In this document: piece after piece, positions 1 through 9,545 of the stretch
Numbering within the stretch: position 1 is the stretch's first letter
How the letters are laid out: each line of letters begins with the position of its first letter
Assembly (NCBI GenBank): GCA_963667015.2
Contig: CAXXJJ010000004.1
Location: 3,936,001-4,000,000 of the forward strand
Length of the DNA: 64,000 nucleotides
Source: Desulfatiglandales bacterium
GTDB lineage: Bacteria; Desulfobacterota; DSM-4660; Desulfatiglandales; HGW-15
Direction of reading: 5' to 3'
The notes under the pieces: generated by a model
Told to the model about the DNA's origin: nothing
What the model saw: only the letters and a program-made list of their open reading frames with translations
Database searches by the model: none
Program-made: the position numbers and the translations under genes

Positions 1-1
1 T

Positions 2-1387
2 GTTATAGATGAGGGATTTAATGACTCTTGCACAATAATCACTTATTATCTTGATAGTGATAATGATGGATATGGAGATCCGGATACTTCCCTTGAAGAC
101 TACACTCAGCCATCTGGGTATGTAACAAGTTCAAATGACTGCAATGATGCTGATGAGGATATTCATCCTGGAGCCGAAGAAATATGTGACCACATAGATA
201 ATGACTGCGATGGGGACACGGACGAGGGATTTAATGACTCTTGTACAAGAATTACCTACTATCTTGATTCTGACGAGGACGGCTATGGAGACCCGAATCA
301 AACAACTGAGAATTATACCCAACCAATAGGATATGTTCTTAATAATAATGACTGCGATGATACTGATGAAAACATCAATCCCAGCTCTGAAGAGGTTTGT
401 GACCACATAGATAATGACTGCGATGGTGACATAGATGAGGGATTTAATGACTCTTGCACAAAAATTTCTTTCTATCTCGATAGTGATAATGACGGGTATG
501 GAGACATTAGTTCATCAATTGAAGACTATATCCAGCCTGAAGGGTATGTCACAAATTCGAATGATTGCGATGATTCGGATGAGGATATAAATCCAGATGC
601 AGAAGAAGTCTGTGATAAGGTTGACAATAACTGTAATGGGAGCATCGACGAAGGATTCAATGAGTCTTGCACTGAATATACATACTACTATGACAGCGAC
701 GAGGACGGATATGGTGATCCGGAAACCTCAATTGTAGACTATACTCAGCCAGCAGGGTATGTGCAAAACTCAAGTGACTGCGATGATACTAATGAAAACA
801 TTAATCCGAGTGCGACAGAAGTTTGTGATGATATTGATAATAATTGTGATGGGGATATTGATGAAGGTTTTAATGAGTCGTGTCAGAATGTTCTTACATT
901 GACTGCAACGGAAGACACTCATGCGGATCAGTTTAATCCCTCAATCAACTACGGAGACGAATCGTATGTTAAGATCGGAGTAGGTTATACAGGCTTTATA
1001 AAATTCGACTTTTCATCAATTCCAGAAAATGCAAACATAATGGAAGCAAAACTTTATCTTCGAAATAATACATATTACGTCGCAGATCCTCCCGCTGGAA
1101 CTATAACAATCTATCAAGTATCAGGAAGTGATTGGGATGAGCACGAACTAACTTATGCCAATATGCCAACAGAATACTCCCGATATGTGACAAAGAATAA
1201 AGATGCTTCTGATGGATCAATTACCTGGGAAATGACAAATTTTGTTTCATTATGGCTCGAAGATCCTAACTATGGATTGAGGATAGAAATGGAGATAGAT
1301 TCCGGCGCATATTCTAATTGGATGTTTGAGTCAGGTCCGACATTGGAAATAGTTTATACCGTTGGCGGCAACGGTGGTAGTATCTAA
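2..1387 (+). CDS. Acidic surface/secreted repeat protein (5' partial): putative metal-binding MopE-like repeats plus C-terminal DNRLRE-like domain
   Basis: The frame of ORF 761..1387 is open back to base 2. Repeated units YYLDSDNDGYGDP...DCDD..E.INP.A.EVCD.IDNDCDG.IDEG. C-terminal ATEDT...NYG...FIKFDFSSIP...AKLYL resembles DNRLRE domains. Confidence 0.8.
   Translation, partial: VIDEGFNDSCTIITYYLDSDNDGYGDPDTSLEDYTQPSGYVTSSNDCNDADEDIHPGAEEICDHIDNDCDGDTDEGFNDSCTRITYYLDSDEDGYGDPNQTTENYTQPIGYVLNNNDCDDTDENINPSSEEVCDHIDNDCDGDIDEGFNDSCTKISFYLDSDNDGYGDISSSIEDYIQPEGYVTNSNDCDDSDEDINPDAEEVCDKVDNNCNGSIDEGFNESCTEYTYYYDSDEDGYGDPETSIVDYTQPAGYVQNSSDCDDTNENINPSATEVCDDIDNNCDGDIDEGFNESCQNVLTLTATEDTHADQFNPSINYGDESYVKIGVGYTGFIKFDFSSIPENANIMEAKLYLRNNTYYVADPPAGTITIYQVSGSDWDEHELTYANMPTEYSRYVTKNKDASDGSITWEMTNFVSLWLEDPNYGLRIEMEIDSGAYSNWMFESGPTLEIVYTVGGNGGSI
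8..886 (+). repeat. Intragenic tandem repeat with exact 213-bp (71-aa) period
   Basis: GAYGARGGWTTYAATGA (DEGFN) motif starts at 8, 221, 434, 647 and 860. Confidence 0.95.
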
Positions 1388-1475
1388 CGAGTATAGAATG
1401 TTAGTGATAGTTTTTTGATTTTGAAGTATTGGTTGAAATGATTTATTAGAATAGTCGTTTTTGTTAACGCCATTT

Positions 1476-1499
1476 AGGGGGCTTTTGCCCCCTTTTTTT
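1476..1499 (+). terminator. Rho-independent terminator
   Basis: AGGGGGC-TTTT-GCCCCCT followed by a T run, downstream of the repeat gene. Confidence 0.75.
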
Positions 1500-1585
1500 A
1501 TTTAATTGGATTTCGATTTCTTTCACGGTGGCGATATCTATTATTGTACAATCCTTAAAACCTAATACATTACATAATAATAAAA

Positions 1586-2095
1586 ATGGAGAACAAGTAT
1601 TTAATCCCCGCAGTATATCCCAATGTAGTGTCAACGCCTCATACTCAGATTGAATCAAGAAAATCTTTAGAAGAAATAACTTCAAATCTAACTTCTAATC
1701 AAAAGGGCAATCCACTTGAAAATATGTTTTCTGATAAAAGTAAATCATTGAAGGCTTCTGTTAATGCTTTATTAGAAGAGATTAGGTTGCGTGAAGAAAT
1801 TAACTCTCATCAGTTTAATAAAATAGATAAGGAGATACGTCGGCAACACACTGAGTTGATGCAAATTGAAAACCTGAAAGATAATTATCCACATGATTTA
1901 ACAAAAGACCTTAGTGAGGCGAAGGATAAGATTAAGAGTAATGTGCTTGAGCTTGAAAGGGAGAAGAGGAAGGAACAGCTTGAATGTTGGAGGGATTTGA
2001 TGTTTTTGAAGAAGTATTTGATGGTGTCGTTGAAGGATTATTGGGAGTTGGAGAGGAAGAGGGGGCTGTTGGAAGGTAACTTTCGAAATGATTGA
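1586..2095 (+). CDS. Hypothetical coiled-coil protein
   Basis: 169-aa ORF with E/K/L-rich heptad-like composition. Confidence 0.7.
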   Translation: MENKYLIPAVYPNVVSTPHTQIESRKSLEEITSNLTSNQKGNPLENMFSDKSKSLKASVNALLEEIRLREEINSHQFNKIDKEIRRQHTELMQIENLKDNYPHDLTKDLSEAKDKIKSNVLELEREKRKEQLECWRDLMFLKKYLMVSLKDYWELERKRGLLEGNFRND

Positions 2096-2239
2096 AATTT
2101 TGGTGGAACATCTCTTAAGGACGAGTCAGTTTTCACCAACAAGTTGAAAGCGAAGACTACTTTTTAAAGTTTGTAATTTTGCGAGATTAAAAAATACTAT
2201 GACTTATAGCAGAAGTCTAAACTTCTGATTTTTCGACAG

Positions 2240-2305
2240 CCTCAACCCTTGTATAAGCGGTTTGGCAGGTTTTTCGCCAAATCCGATTTAATGCAAATGT
2301 TGGTT
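2240..2305 (-). repeat. attC site (CPBP cassette)
   Basis: AAC...GTT-bounded palindrome, near-identical to 5751-5815. Confidence 0.85.
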
Positions 2306-2411
2306 TCAAAAGGTCCATTAAATGAAAGGCTTTCATAATTTCTTCATTTTATAACCAATCATGTCACTTGATATCATATTCAGAATCTGAAGTATATTCC
2401 TCGAAGAAATG

Positions 2412-3068
2412 TTACCTTAACACCATACTAAGACTTGCGAAATTAAGAAATGAATGTACCAGAATGCAGGACCATAATGAATCAGTTTTTTTATATATAT
2501 ATCCCATAATTATTGCGACAATAAAAATAAGTCCACAGTTTTGTACTATACTTGGAAAAACAAATTGCCCCAGTTGGATCCAGCCAACGCAATGAATTAA
2601 TACAAATAAAATGGATTGTATGATATTTGCTTTAGAAAAGTTTGTATTCTCTTGTAGTTTTTTTAATATAAAACCCCTGAATAATATCTCTTCACTAAAC
2701 CCCACTAGAATAATACTCTTAAACCATATACCCATGCCAAACTGAAAGTTTATTTTAATAGCGTTATTTTTAAAGTAATATCCTGTTCCATGCAGAATTA
2801 AAATAAATGATCCAATAATAAGCCCACAGATTATTCCCCTGAAAACGTTTTTTCTTAGCTTTAGGTAATCAAGCAAATTAATCTTTAAGGCAGATAAGTA
2901 AATAAGTACCGGAACGGTCCATGTAATTAATCTCAGGGCTATTTGTGCTGAATAATTATTTCTTAATGCTGGCGATTGGGTGTATACGTAAACATAAAAT
3001 GAATGCACTATAAAAAGTAAGATAATATGAATTGAAAGATAGCGGTATCTATAAAGAAACTTCTCCAT
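2412..3068 (-). CDS. CPBP family (CAAX/Abi) intramembrane metalloprotease
   Basis: Motifs EEILFRG, FVLIH and HSFLN; multiple TM segments. Confidence 0.9.
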   Translation of the reverse strand: MEKFLYRYRYLSIHIILLFIVHSFYVYVYTQSPALRNNYSAQIALRLITWTVPVLIYLSALKINLLDYLKLRKNVFRGIICGLIIGSFILILHGTGYYFKNNAIKINFQFGMGIWFKSIILVGFSEEILFRGFILKKLQENTNFSKANIIQSILFVLIHCVGWIQLGQFVFPSIVQNCGLIFIVAIIMGYIYKKTDSLWSCILVHSFLNFASLSMVLR

Positions 3069-3143
3069 TTATTCTCCCATATTAGTTTCAAATTTAAATA
3101 AGCACGACCTGATATTGAAAAATTATAAATAGGTAGTTTAAAA

Positions 3144-3276
3144 AAACAACGGACCCGATAACCTGCCGGGCGGTTTAATATTACAAATATTTGCCAACCC
3201 CAACTGTTACTATATTAAACTCAACTCCGATCTGGCAAGATAGTAGCCCGGTCTGAGTTTATTGGCTTTGTTATGT
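3144..3276 (-). repeat. attC site (AbiGi cassette)
   Basis: Minus strand reads ACATAAC-aaagc-CAATAAAC...GTTATCG-ggtcc-GTTGTTT; R'' overlaps the stop codon. Confidence 0.85.
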
Positions 3277-3954
3277 TTTCCAAGTGCTAACTATTATTTT
3301 GTCAGAATCAATAGAAAAATCGTTTGAAAGCTTTTTAATTTGGGAATCTTTTGCGACAAAAATCATTTTTATGTCTGAAATTTTGAACTTTAGAGGGTAT
3401 GATAATAGCTTTTTATTGTATCGATCTGGATTTTTTAAATAAGTAGTTTGTTTCTGTGAAATTAAGTTCCCACCGATATCGCTCTTTCTAGGTACATACC
3501 TCCACTCATTTTCATTTTTGAAATCAAAATTGTCCTTTTTTAGGTAGCTGTTATATCCACGCACATTTTTGGTGAAACATTTTATTTCCATAATTGGTAA
3601 ACGCAAACGTTTAGGTATAACTTTTTCTTTGTTTCTACGGGCTCTTAATAACGTTGCTAAACCTTTTGCTGCAAGCGATTTTCCATCTATATATAGAACT
3701 GGACTAATTCTATTTTGCAGAGCCCAGTCTGTAGAAAATGCAATACCATATTTTCCATAAGTTATCTTTTTGTTGTTTAGCTCATCAAGTTGGTGTTGGC
3801 AAAAACATACCATCGGATGAACAGCGCTGGATACCTTTTTAGCACCGATGCAAAAGTCTTCTTTACTGTATGATAGTCTCAGAGACAATGTTTGCAAAAT
3901 GCTCTTTAGAGTTTCGTACTTTCTTGTCGCGTGAATTATTAATTGTGTTGTCAT
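3271..3954 (-). CDS. AbiGi-like abortive infection family protein
   Basis: Motifs PMVCFC, YGKYGIAF..DWA, SPVLY and ENEWRYVP. Confidence 0.7.
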   Translation of the reverse strand: MTTQLIIHATRKYETLKSILQTLSLRLSYSKEDFCIGAKKVSSAVHPMVCFCQHQLDELNNKKITYGKYGIAFSTDWALQNRISPVLYIDGKSLAAKGLATLLRARRNKEKVIPKRLRLPIMEIKCFTKNVRGYNSYLKKDNFDFKNENEWRYVPRKSDIGGNLISQKQTTYLKNPDRYNKKLLSYPLKFKISDIKMIFVAKDSQIKKLSNDFSIDSDKIIVSTWKT

Positions 3955-3974
3955 TATAACCTACTCGAACTCAA

Positions 3975-4060
3975 ACATAACGTTTTGCTCACCAGCCCCG
4001 CCGTGACGTTTCATAACAAGCAAGGAACCTTACGGGGTCTGGTGAAGCTAGATGTTATGG
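3975..4060 (-). repeat. attC site
   Basis: R'' CCATAAC, R' GTTATGT; arms shared with 6338-6425 (caccagcccc / ggggtctggtg). Confidence 0.85.
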
Positions 4061-4064
4061 TTTG

Positions 4065-4814
4065 TTATGGTACATCGTTCCATCTTGAAAAACGATAATT
4101 GCTTTTTGATTTTTCTTTTAATGTATTTAAGTCATTCTCTAGTGCTTGCATCATGTGATGAAAATCATTTGATAGTTGAAACCGTTTAAAATTTGCATTG
4201 AATTGTGATGAAGCACACATAAAAGTAAAAGCAACATCAGCTACAATTAATAAAAATTGATCATTCATATCATTATCGCTTTCATCAAAATATACTGTGC
4301 CAGCTTCATTTCCGGATATTTCAAAATTTTGACTTGTTGGCATTATATTGCAGTGAGCATAGTAGCCATTTATCGTTTCTTTTCTAAATTTCAAATATTC
4401 TGAATATTTAGGATCATTTTCATTAAGCCAATTATATGCTTTATTCAAAGTTTTATCTCTTGGGACCGCTCGATCATGCTCATCAGCGCCACAAAATGTT
4501 TCTATATCTGTAGCGAACAAAGAATAACATGATAAAGCGGCTGATTCCAAAGCATACCTAAGAGTCAAAAATCCTTGGACCGAATGTAGTCTTAAAATTG
4601 AAAGAAGGGTTTGCGTTATTGCTTTTCTAAACTGGCCTAAAAAGAGAGTGAAAGTAAGGCCTTTTTCGCAGTCAAAATCCTCAACATAATGCCATAAATA
4701 ATCAACTACCTCATAGCAGACTTTATAATATTCAGCATTCGACGCAATTGATTCAAAAAGAACCTGATTCTCTCTATCCACGATATCTAATAAATTGTCT
4801 TTAAGTTCATTCAT
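4065..4814 (-). CDS. Hypothetical helical cassette protein (possibly HEPN-like)
   Basis: The TTG start in the ORF track lies inside the attC; ATG at 4814 has GGAG upstream; LRYALE...YYAH pattern. Confidence 0.65.
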   Translation of the reverse strand: MNELKDNLLDIVDRENQVLFESIASNAEYYKVCYEVVDYLWHYVEDFDCEKGLTFTLFLGQFRKAITQTLLSILRLHSVQGFLTLRYALESAALSCYSLFATDIETFCGADEHDRAVPRDKTLNKAYNWLNENDPKYSEYLKFRKETINGYYAHCNIMPTSQNFEISGNEAGTVYFDESDNDMNDQFLLIVADVAFTFMCASSQFNANFKRFQLSNDFHHMMQALENDLNTLKEKSKSNYRFSRWNDVP

Positions 4815-4823
4815 TGATTGACT

Positions 4824-4949
4824 CCATAACGCCCACAATAAGGGGCTAGCGGGTTAATGGTACCGATGATCGTTAAAGTATGAAGACCATTGATACTGCG
4901 GGATTTCAATCGGCAAGAAAAACCAGCTAGTCCCACTTGATTGTTAGAC
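4824..4949 (-). repeat. attC site (TIR cassette), spacer next to R'' apparently deleted
   Basis: R'' GTCTAAC, R' GTTATGG; arms caataaggggctagc / gctagtcccacttgattg. Confidence 0.75.
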
Positions 4950-5735
4950 CTAATTAAAACTGATTACTTTCACGCTCTTTTCTCCACCCTCACCGTCCCA
5001 TGTTGTAGCATTTTTTATATTGCTTCGCGGATCATTTGTACCATCAAAAATAACTCCAATAATAAATGGAGTTTTAGGTTTGATGTTATGATTGAAAATA
5101 CGAATTCCATACTCGAAATCACTCTTAAATTCAGATATAGATATTTGTTGCACACCTTTAAATTCAGGATATCTCCAGATTGCGTTCTCAATCTTTTTTA
5201 AAGTTGTAACTTTAAAGCCTATGGGTTCAGCCCAAAACTGAGGCTCAAAAGCAATTGCTGCTGCTTTTGGCTCATCAGTTGCAAACTGGATTGTAATTGA
5301 TAGATTCGCAGTTAGATTTTCCGCTTGCTTTTTCTGTTGTGTAATAGCTGAATATATATCGTTCATCCACTCTTCTTCTATCTTATTTTCTATATCTATA
5401 TAAAAGCGACTCTCTAAGAAAGGAGAGAAATGGGAGATAGGTCCTATTTTAATCGGTATTATAAATTCAGGTTTGATACCCGATATTTCATCTGATAGCG
5501 CTTTTTTTAGTTCAGTTCTGACCCATGGTTTATCAATTGAGTTAGAGGAAAGAAATATCAGAAATTTGTCAGCAGATTCTATGCCAGTATGGATTTTCTC
5601 AATTAAATCATCTCCTCCTAATATTTCATATTTATCTAGCCACCCTTTTATATCTGGGAATTTTTTTCCTACTCTTAAAAAAACCTGCTCCACAATGGAT
5701 TTATCTTCAGATGCATGGCTAAAAAATACTTTCAT
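4950..5735 (-). CDS. TIR domain protein with unknown C-terminal domain
   Basis: KVFFSHASEDK, WLDKYEI..GD and S.WVRTEL (catalytic Glu retained). Confidence 0.9.
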   Translation of the reverse strand: MKVFFSHASEDKSIVEQVFLRVGKKFPDIKGWLDKYEILGGDDLIEKIHTGIESADKFLIFLSSNSIDKPWVRTELKKALSDEISGIKPEFIIPIKIGPISHFSPFLESRFYIDIENKIEEEWMNDIYSAITQQKKQAENLTANLSITIQFATDEPKAAAIAFEPQFWAEPIGFKVTTLKKIENAIWRYPEFKGVQQISISEFKSDFEYGIRIFNHNIKPKTPFIIGVIFDGTNDPRSNIKNATTWDGEGGEKSVKVISFN

Positions 5736-5750
5736 TTTTATCTCCTTGAG

Positions 5751-5815
5751 GTCTAACCCAGCATAAGCGGATTGGCAAGCTTTTCGCCAATTCCGACTTA
5801 ATGCTGATGTTGGGG
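5751..5815 (-). repeat. attC site
   Basis: R'' CCCCAAC, R' GTTAGAC; 65-bp palindrome. Confidence 0.88.
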
Positions 5816-5846
5816 ATTTTTTAAAACCTTACCTTTATTACATTGA

Positions 5847-6257
5847 TCATTTTAAAGAAAGCAGTTGTTTTACAGGCTCAATATCTTTTTTCGTATTTAT
5901 ATCAAGTCGAATAGATTTTCCCTCAGCATATTGTTGAGCATTTTCTATTTCGGATAAGATTGGCTGAGGTAACCCGACATTTTTTACTTCCAAAACAGCT
6001 TTGTGACCCAGAGTGATGACTACTGTAAAAAAGCCGGACCTTGGGATTATATGTAGTAAACGCCTGCCATTGTTTACGAGTGCAAATGTCCAGCCAGCCT
6101 TTTTATTATAAAACTTCCATTCCCGATCTATTTTTCCATATTGATCCTGTAAGTGTAACTCAATTCCTTTTAATAACGACATAGATTTTCCTAATGCCTT
6201 TTCTATTTCAGACATTGTAGGAGATTTTGCTTTGTCATCAAAAATACTCTCAGCCAT
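5847..6257 (-). CDS. DUF3788-like protein
   Basis: Motifs EWKFYNKKAGW and YAEGKSIR. Confidence 0.7.
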   Translation of the reverse strand: MAESIFDDKAKSPTMSEIEKALGKSMSLLKGIELHLQDQYGKIDREWKFYNKKAGWTFALVNNGRRLLHIIPRSGFFTVVITLGHKAVLEVKNVGLPQPILSEIENAQQYAEGKSIRLDINTKKDIEPVKQLLSLK

Positions 6258-6337
6258 TATATCTACCTCTAAATATTTATTAGCGACTACACGATAATTT
6301 TTAGATTCTGTTTCTACCTACTCTGTGACATGATCTT

Positions 6338-6425
6338 CCCCAACGTTTTGCTCACCAGCCCCGCCTCGATGCTATGCGAAAAACAAAAGAGACCCTCCGG
6401 GGTCTGGTGTAGCTGATTGTTGAAC
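6338..6425 (-). repeat. attC site whose R'' box is the junction with the IS91-like element
   Basis: CCCCAAC...caccagcccc...ggggtctggtg...GTTGAAC; same family as 3975-4060. Confidence 0.85.
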
Positions 6426-6518
6426 GAAGCCGCTTGCGCGGCAGAAAAATAATAAATAGTGTATGCTCCTGATGTATGCTCAATTCAGGGCACAAAAAAT
6501 AATAAAAGGAGATACACT

Positions 6519-7423
6519 ATGAACAAAAAAGAAACAGAAAGATTTAATGACCTTTATGAAAGACACCTAAGAATACTCAAACTTCAGGGTAAAAGTCAAA
6601 GCACTATTGATGCCTATTCAAGGGCGGTGCGCCGGATAAAAGAGCATTTTGACTGCTGTCCTGATCAGCTTACCCCGGACCAACTTGAACAGTATTTTTC
6701 TGACCTGGTTGATTCTCATTCCTGGAGCACTGTCAAATTGGACCGTCTTGGACTTCAGTTCTTCTGGAAACACGTTGTCCAGAAAAAATGGGAGTGGATA
6801 GATATTATTAAGCCTCCCAAAGTATATACCCTGCCTGATATTCTTACACCCGGTGAAATAGAGCGCATAATAGGTGCAACAAGAAAACTCCGATACAGGG
6901 TTTTTCTACTGACTACATATTCCATGGGACTTCGTTTGCAGGAAGCATTACATCTTCAAACCAGCGATATCGATGCTGAAAGAAAGAAGGTCCATATCCG
7001 GCGTGGTAAAGGTCATAAAGACCGTTTAGTTCCATTGCCGGATCTTACCTTAGAAGCTCTGCGTGAGTTATGGTCAAAACACAAAAACCCTGTATGGCTT
7101 TTCCCTAATGCCACGGGCTCTCCTGATAAAATCCAACAGGCAACTAATCACATGGACACAGGCGGAACTCAGAAGGCTATGCAGGTAGTTGTTAAGGAAT
7201 GCGGCATTAAAAAAAAGTCCATATCCATTCCCTTCGTCACAGCTTCGCAACACACCTGCTTGAGCGCGGCCTGAGTCTCAGACATATCCAGGCTATACTC
7301 GGGCATGCCACCCCTGAAACTACCGCTCGCTATGCTCACCTGACAGATATTACCGAGAATGACAGTCTTGTTAAAATCAATGAGCTGATCAACTCCATTC
7401 ATGTTGATTTGAAGAAGGTGTAA
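6519..7423 (+). CDS. Tyrosine recombinase, full length only via -1 frameshift at A_AAA_AAG (7211-7217)
   Basis: The 0 frame has [10 protein letters not shown] and GKGHKDR and stops at 7274. The -1 frame gives [16 protein letters not shown]...LGHA...TARYAHL, ending at TAA 7423. Confidence 0.88.
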
Positions 7424-7425
7424 TC

Positions 7426-8472
7426 ATGGAACTGGCATCTATCATCAACCAATATTACGACTCATTTATGGCTAAACATTCCAGTACCCTACTACCAGGA
7501 CATTTAAGCGCACTTAATGCCATTCGTAGATGCAGAACTCCTGATTCCGGAGAAGTATATACAATCTGCAACCAGTGCGGACATTCCCAATGGAACCCCA
7601 TGTCCTGTGGTCACCGAAGTTGTCCTAAATGCCAGAACCATGAAACCAGCAGGTGGCTTGACCGACAACAGCAAAAGCTGCTGCCTGCACCTTATTTTAT
7701 GGTTACCTTCACACTGCCATATTCTTTCAGGCCTTTAGCCATGCACCATCAAAAAGAGATATACCCCTTTTTATTCTCCTGTGCAGCATCCACTCTAAAG
7801 GATTTTGCTGCTAACCCAAAAAAACTGGGGGCTAAAGTCGGTATGACCATTGTTCTGCATACTAATAACAGAAATCTGGATTATCATCCACATGTTCATG
7901 TCATCATTCCGGCAGGTGGAGTGGATAAAAAATCCAAACAATGGAAAAAGAAAAAAGGCAAATACCTCTTTAATGAAAAAGCCATGGCTAAAGTTTTCCG
8001 CGCCCGCTTTTTACATGAGCTAAATAATGCCGGCTTTTCCATCCCTAAAAATGCACCCAAAAAATGGGTGGCTGACTGCGAACATGTTGGAGCAGGCATT
8101 ACTGCCCTCAAGTATCTTGCCCGGTATTTATACCGTGGCGTTATCAGCGAAAAAAATATCATTGCAAACCGGGATGGAAAGATAACCTTTAAGTATATTG
8201 ATAACAATAAGATTGTAAAATACCGCACAATGGATGGGGAAGATTTTATTAAACTTCTACTGCAACATGTACTTCCCAAAGGCTTCAGGAGAGTCAGGGA
8301 TTATGGCTTCCTTCACAGTAATGCTAAGAAAATACGTTCTCTGATTCAGGTAATATTGAGAGTCGTTATTGATAAAATCCCGATACGTCCAAGGCCTGCT
8401 TTTAAATGCAGCCATTGTAAGTCGCTGATGACTATTGTTAAGTTTAGAAAGCCTGTTTGCAACTCGGAATAG
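7426..8472 (+). CDS. IS91-family rolling-circle (Y2) transposase
   Basis: Zn-binding CNQC/CGHRSCPKC, HUH motif HPHVH, Y2 motif YLARY, HVLPKGF.RVR.YG. Confidence 0.95.
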   Translation: MELASIINQYYDSFMAKHSSTLLPGHLSALNAIRRCRTPDSGEVYTICNQCGHSQWNPMSCGHRSCPKCQNHETSRWLDRQQQKLLPAPYFMVTFTLPYSFRPLAMHHQKEIYPFLFSCAASTLKDFAANPKKLGAKVGMTIVLHTNNRNLDYHPHVHVIIPAGGVDKKSKQWKKKKGKYLFNEKAMAKVFRARFLHELNNAGFSIPKNAPKKWVADCEHVGAGITALKYLARYLYRGVISEKNIIANRDGKITFKYIDNNKIVKYRTMDGEDFIKLLLQHVLPKGFRRVRDYGFLHSNAKKIRSLIQVILRVVIDKIPIRPRPAFKCSHCKSLMTIVKFRKPVCNSE

Positions 8473-8663
8473 ACCTTAATCTGGAAATTGCCCCTCTTGC
8501 TTTTATAACACGGAGGTAGCTTTGTTTATGAAGATTACAATCACTTTAAAGGCCTTTTTTAAGGTCAGCGTACCGGTCTGCCTTTTGCTTTCCGCTATAC
8601 TTTAAGTTCCATTACCTGTCAGCTTCTCGGATATATATATTTTCTTTATATAGACACGGGCTT

Positions 8664-8718
8664 GTTCAACCATTGGATAAGATTGTGGCTCCGCACAATC
8701 TATCCTTATTCGTTGTGC
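8664..8718. repeat. attC-like site at the right end of the IS91-like element
   Basis: GTTCAAC-catt-GGATAAGATTGTG-gctccg-CACAATCTATCC-ttattc-GTTGTGC. Confidence 0.75.
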
Positions 8719-8781
8719 AATATTTTTCCGTAACAATCATGAAAATAATGTATGATCCTTAATTCCAGGTAATCAATCTTT

Positions 8782-9480
8782 TTATAAGCTTGATTCCAAT
8801 TCTTTGCTTTTGATCCATTGAAAATATTCTTCATACAATTTTACAATAAAAGTAGAAGCGATCTCTAATGCTTCATCAACAAATTCCTTTTCAAGCTCTA
8901 AATGCCGTTTCCCTTTGAGAGACAACCATTTTGAGGTTTTGACAAGGTCTTCTAATACAGAGACCTCTTTGGATAATTTTATATCCCCGCCACAATGGAT
9001 GATACAGTTCCGAATTTTACATAAATTTATCAATTTGCTCCATTCAGAATTGAACTTTAAAAAATCCATTTCAGTATAAGTTGTAATATATTTTCTGGCC
9101 CTTGTAATTCCTGTGTCCTTTTTAAAGTCTGTGTGTTTTTCAGGGTAATTGTTTTTTTTATACAAACTCCGGCAAAGACCATTTAACTTTGTTTCTATGA
9201 AGGAGCAAAGCGATACTATCATGTTTTTTCTGTGCATTAACATATAGGTTTTTATTGCTAAAGTTTCTCCTCCCAAAAAATCTACCAACTCCTTTTTTTG
9301 TGAGGCATTTAACTCTTTTATTTGATCCTCATATTTTCCAGATATCTGCACAATGTCACGTTTAAATTTACTTTCAATTTGTAAATGGAATTCTTTAAGT
9401 TCGGAAATATCCAATAACGCAATATGTCTGCTTATTGATAAACCTACTGCAGATCCAAGGTGCTTCCGTTTTTGCTTCAT
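8782..9480 (-). CDS. HEPN-like protein (first cassette)
   Basis: RxxxxH motif IRNCIIH in a helical protein. Confidence 0.7.
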   Translation of the reverse strand: MKQKRKHLGSAVGLSISRHIALLDISELKEFHLQIESKFKRDIVQISGKYEDQIKELNASQKKELVDFLGGETLAIKTYMLMHRKNMIVSLCSFIETKLNGLCRSLYKKNNYPEKHTDFKKDTGITRARKYITTYTEMDFLKFNSEWSKLINLCKIRNCIIHCGGDIKLSKEVSVLEDLVKTSKWLSLKGKRHLELEKEFVDEALEIASTFIVKLYEEYFQWIKSKELESSL

Positions 9481-9545
9481 TGGTTAACTCCATATTTTGC
9501 GAATCTGAAAATGAAAATTATTGGATTATCCGCTCCCGTTTGAAA

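Larger units (their letters stand above)
6420..8712 (+). mobile_element. IS91-family element with upstream tyrosine recombinase (ISSod25-like organisation), inverted within the cassette array
   Basis: Recombinase plus Y2 transposase. Left end G|TTGAAC followed by hairpin GCCGC-TTGC-GCGGC; right end attC-like, GTTCAAC...G|TT. Confidence 0.8.

Noticed and set aside
8..886. CRISPR array
   Set aside because: The repeats are 213-bp in-frame coding units with no unique spacers, and no cas genes are present.
6519..7423. IntI of the cassette array
   Set aside because: It lies inside the array, is coupled to a Y2 transposase, and shows no obvious IntI-specific insertion.
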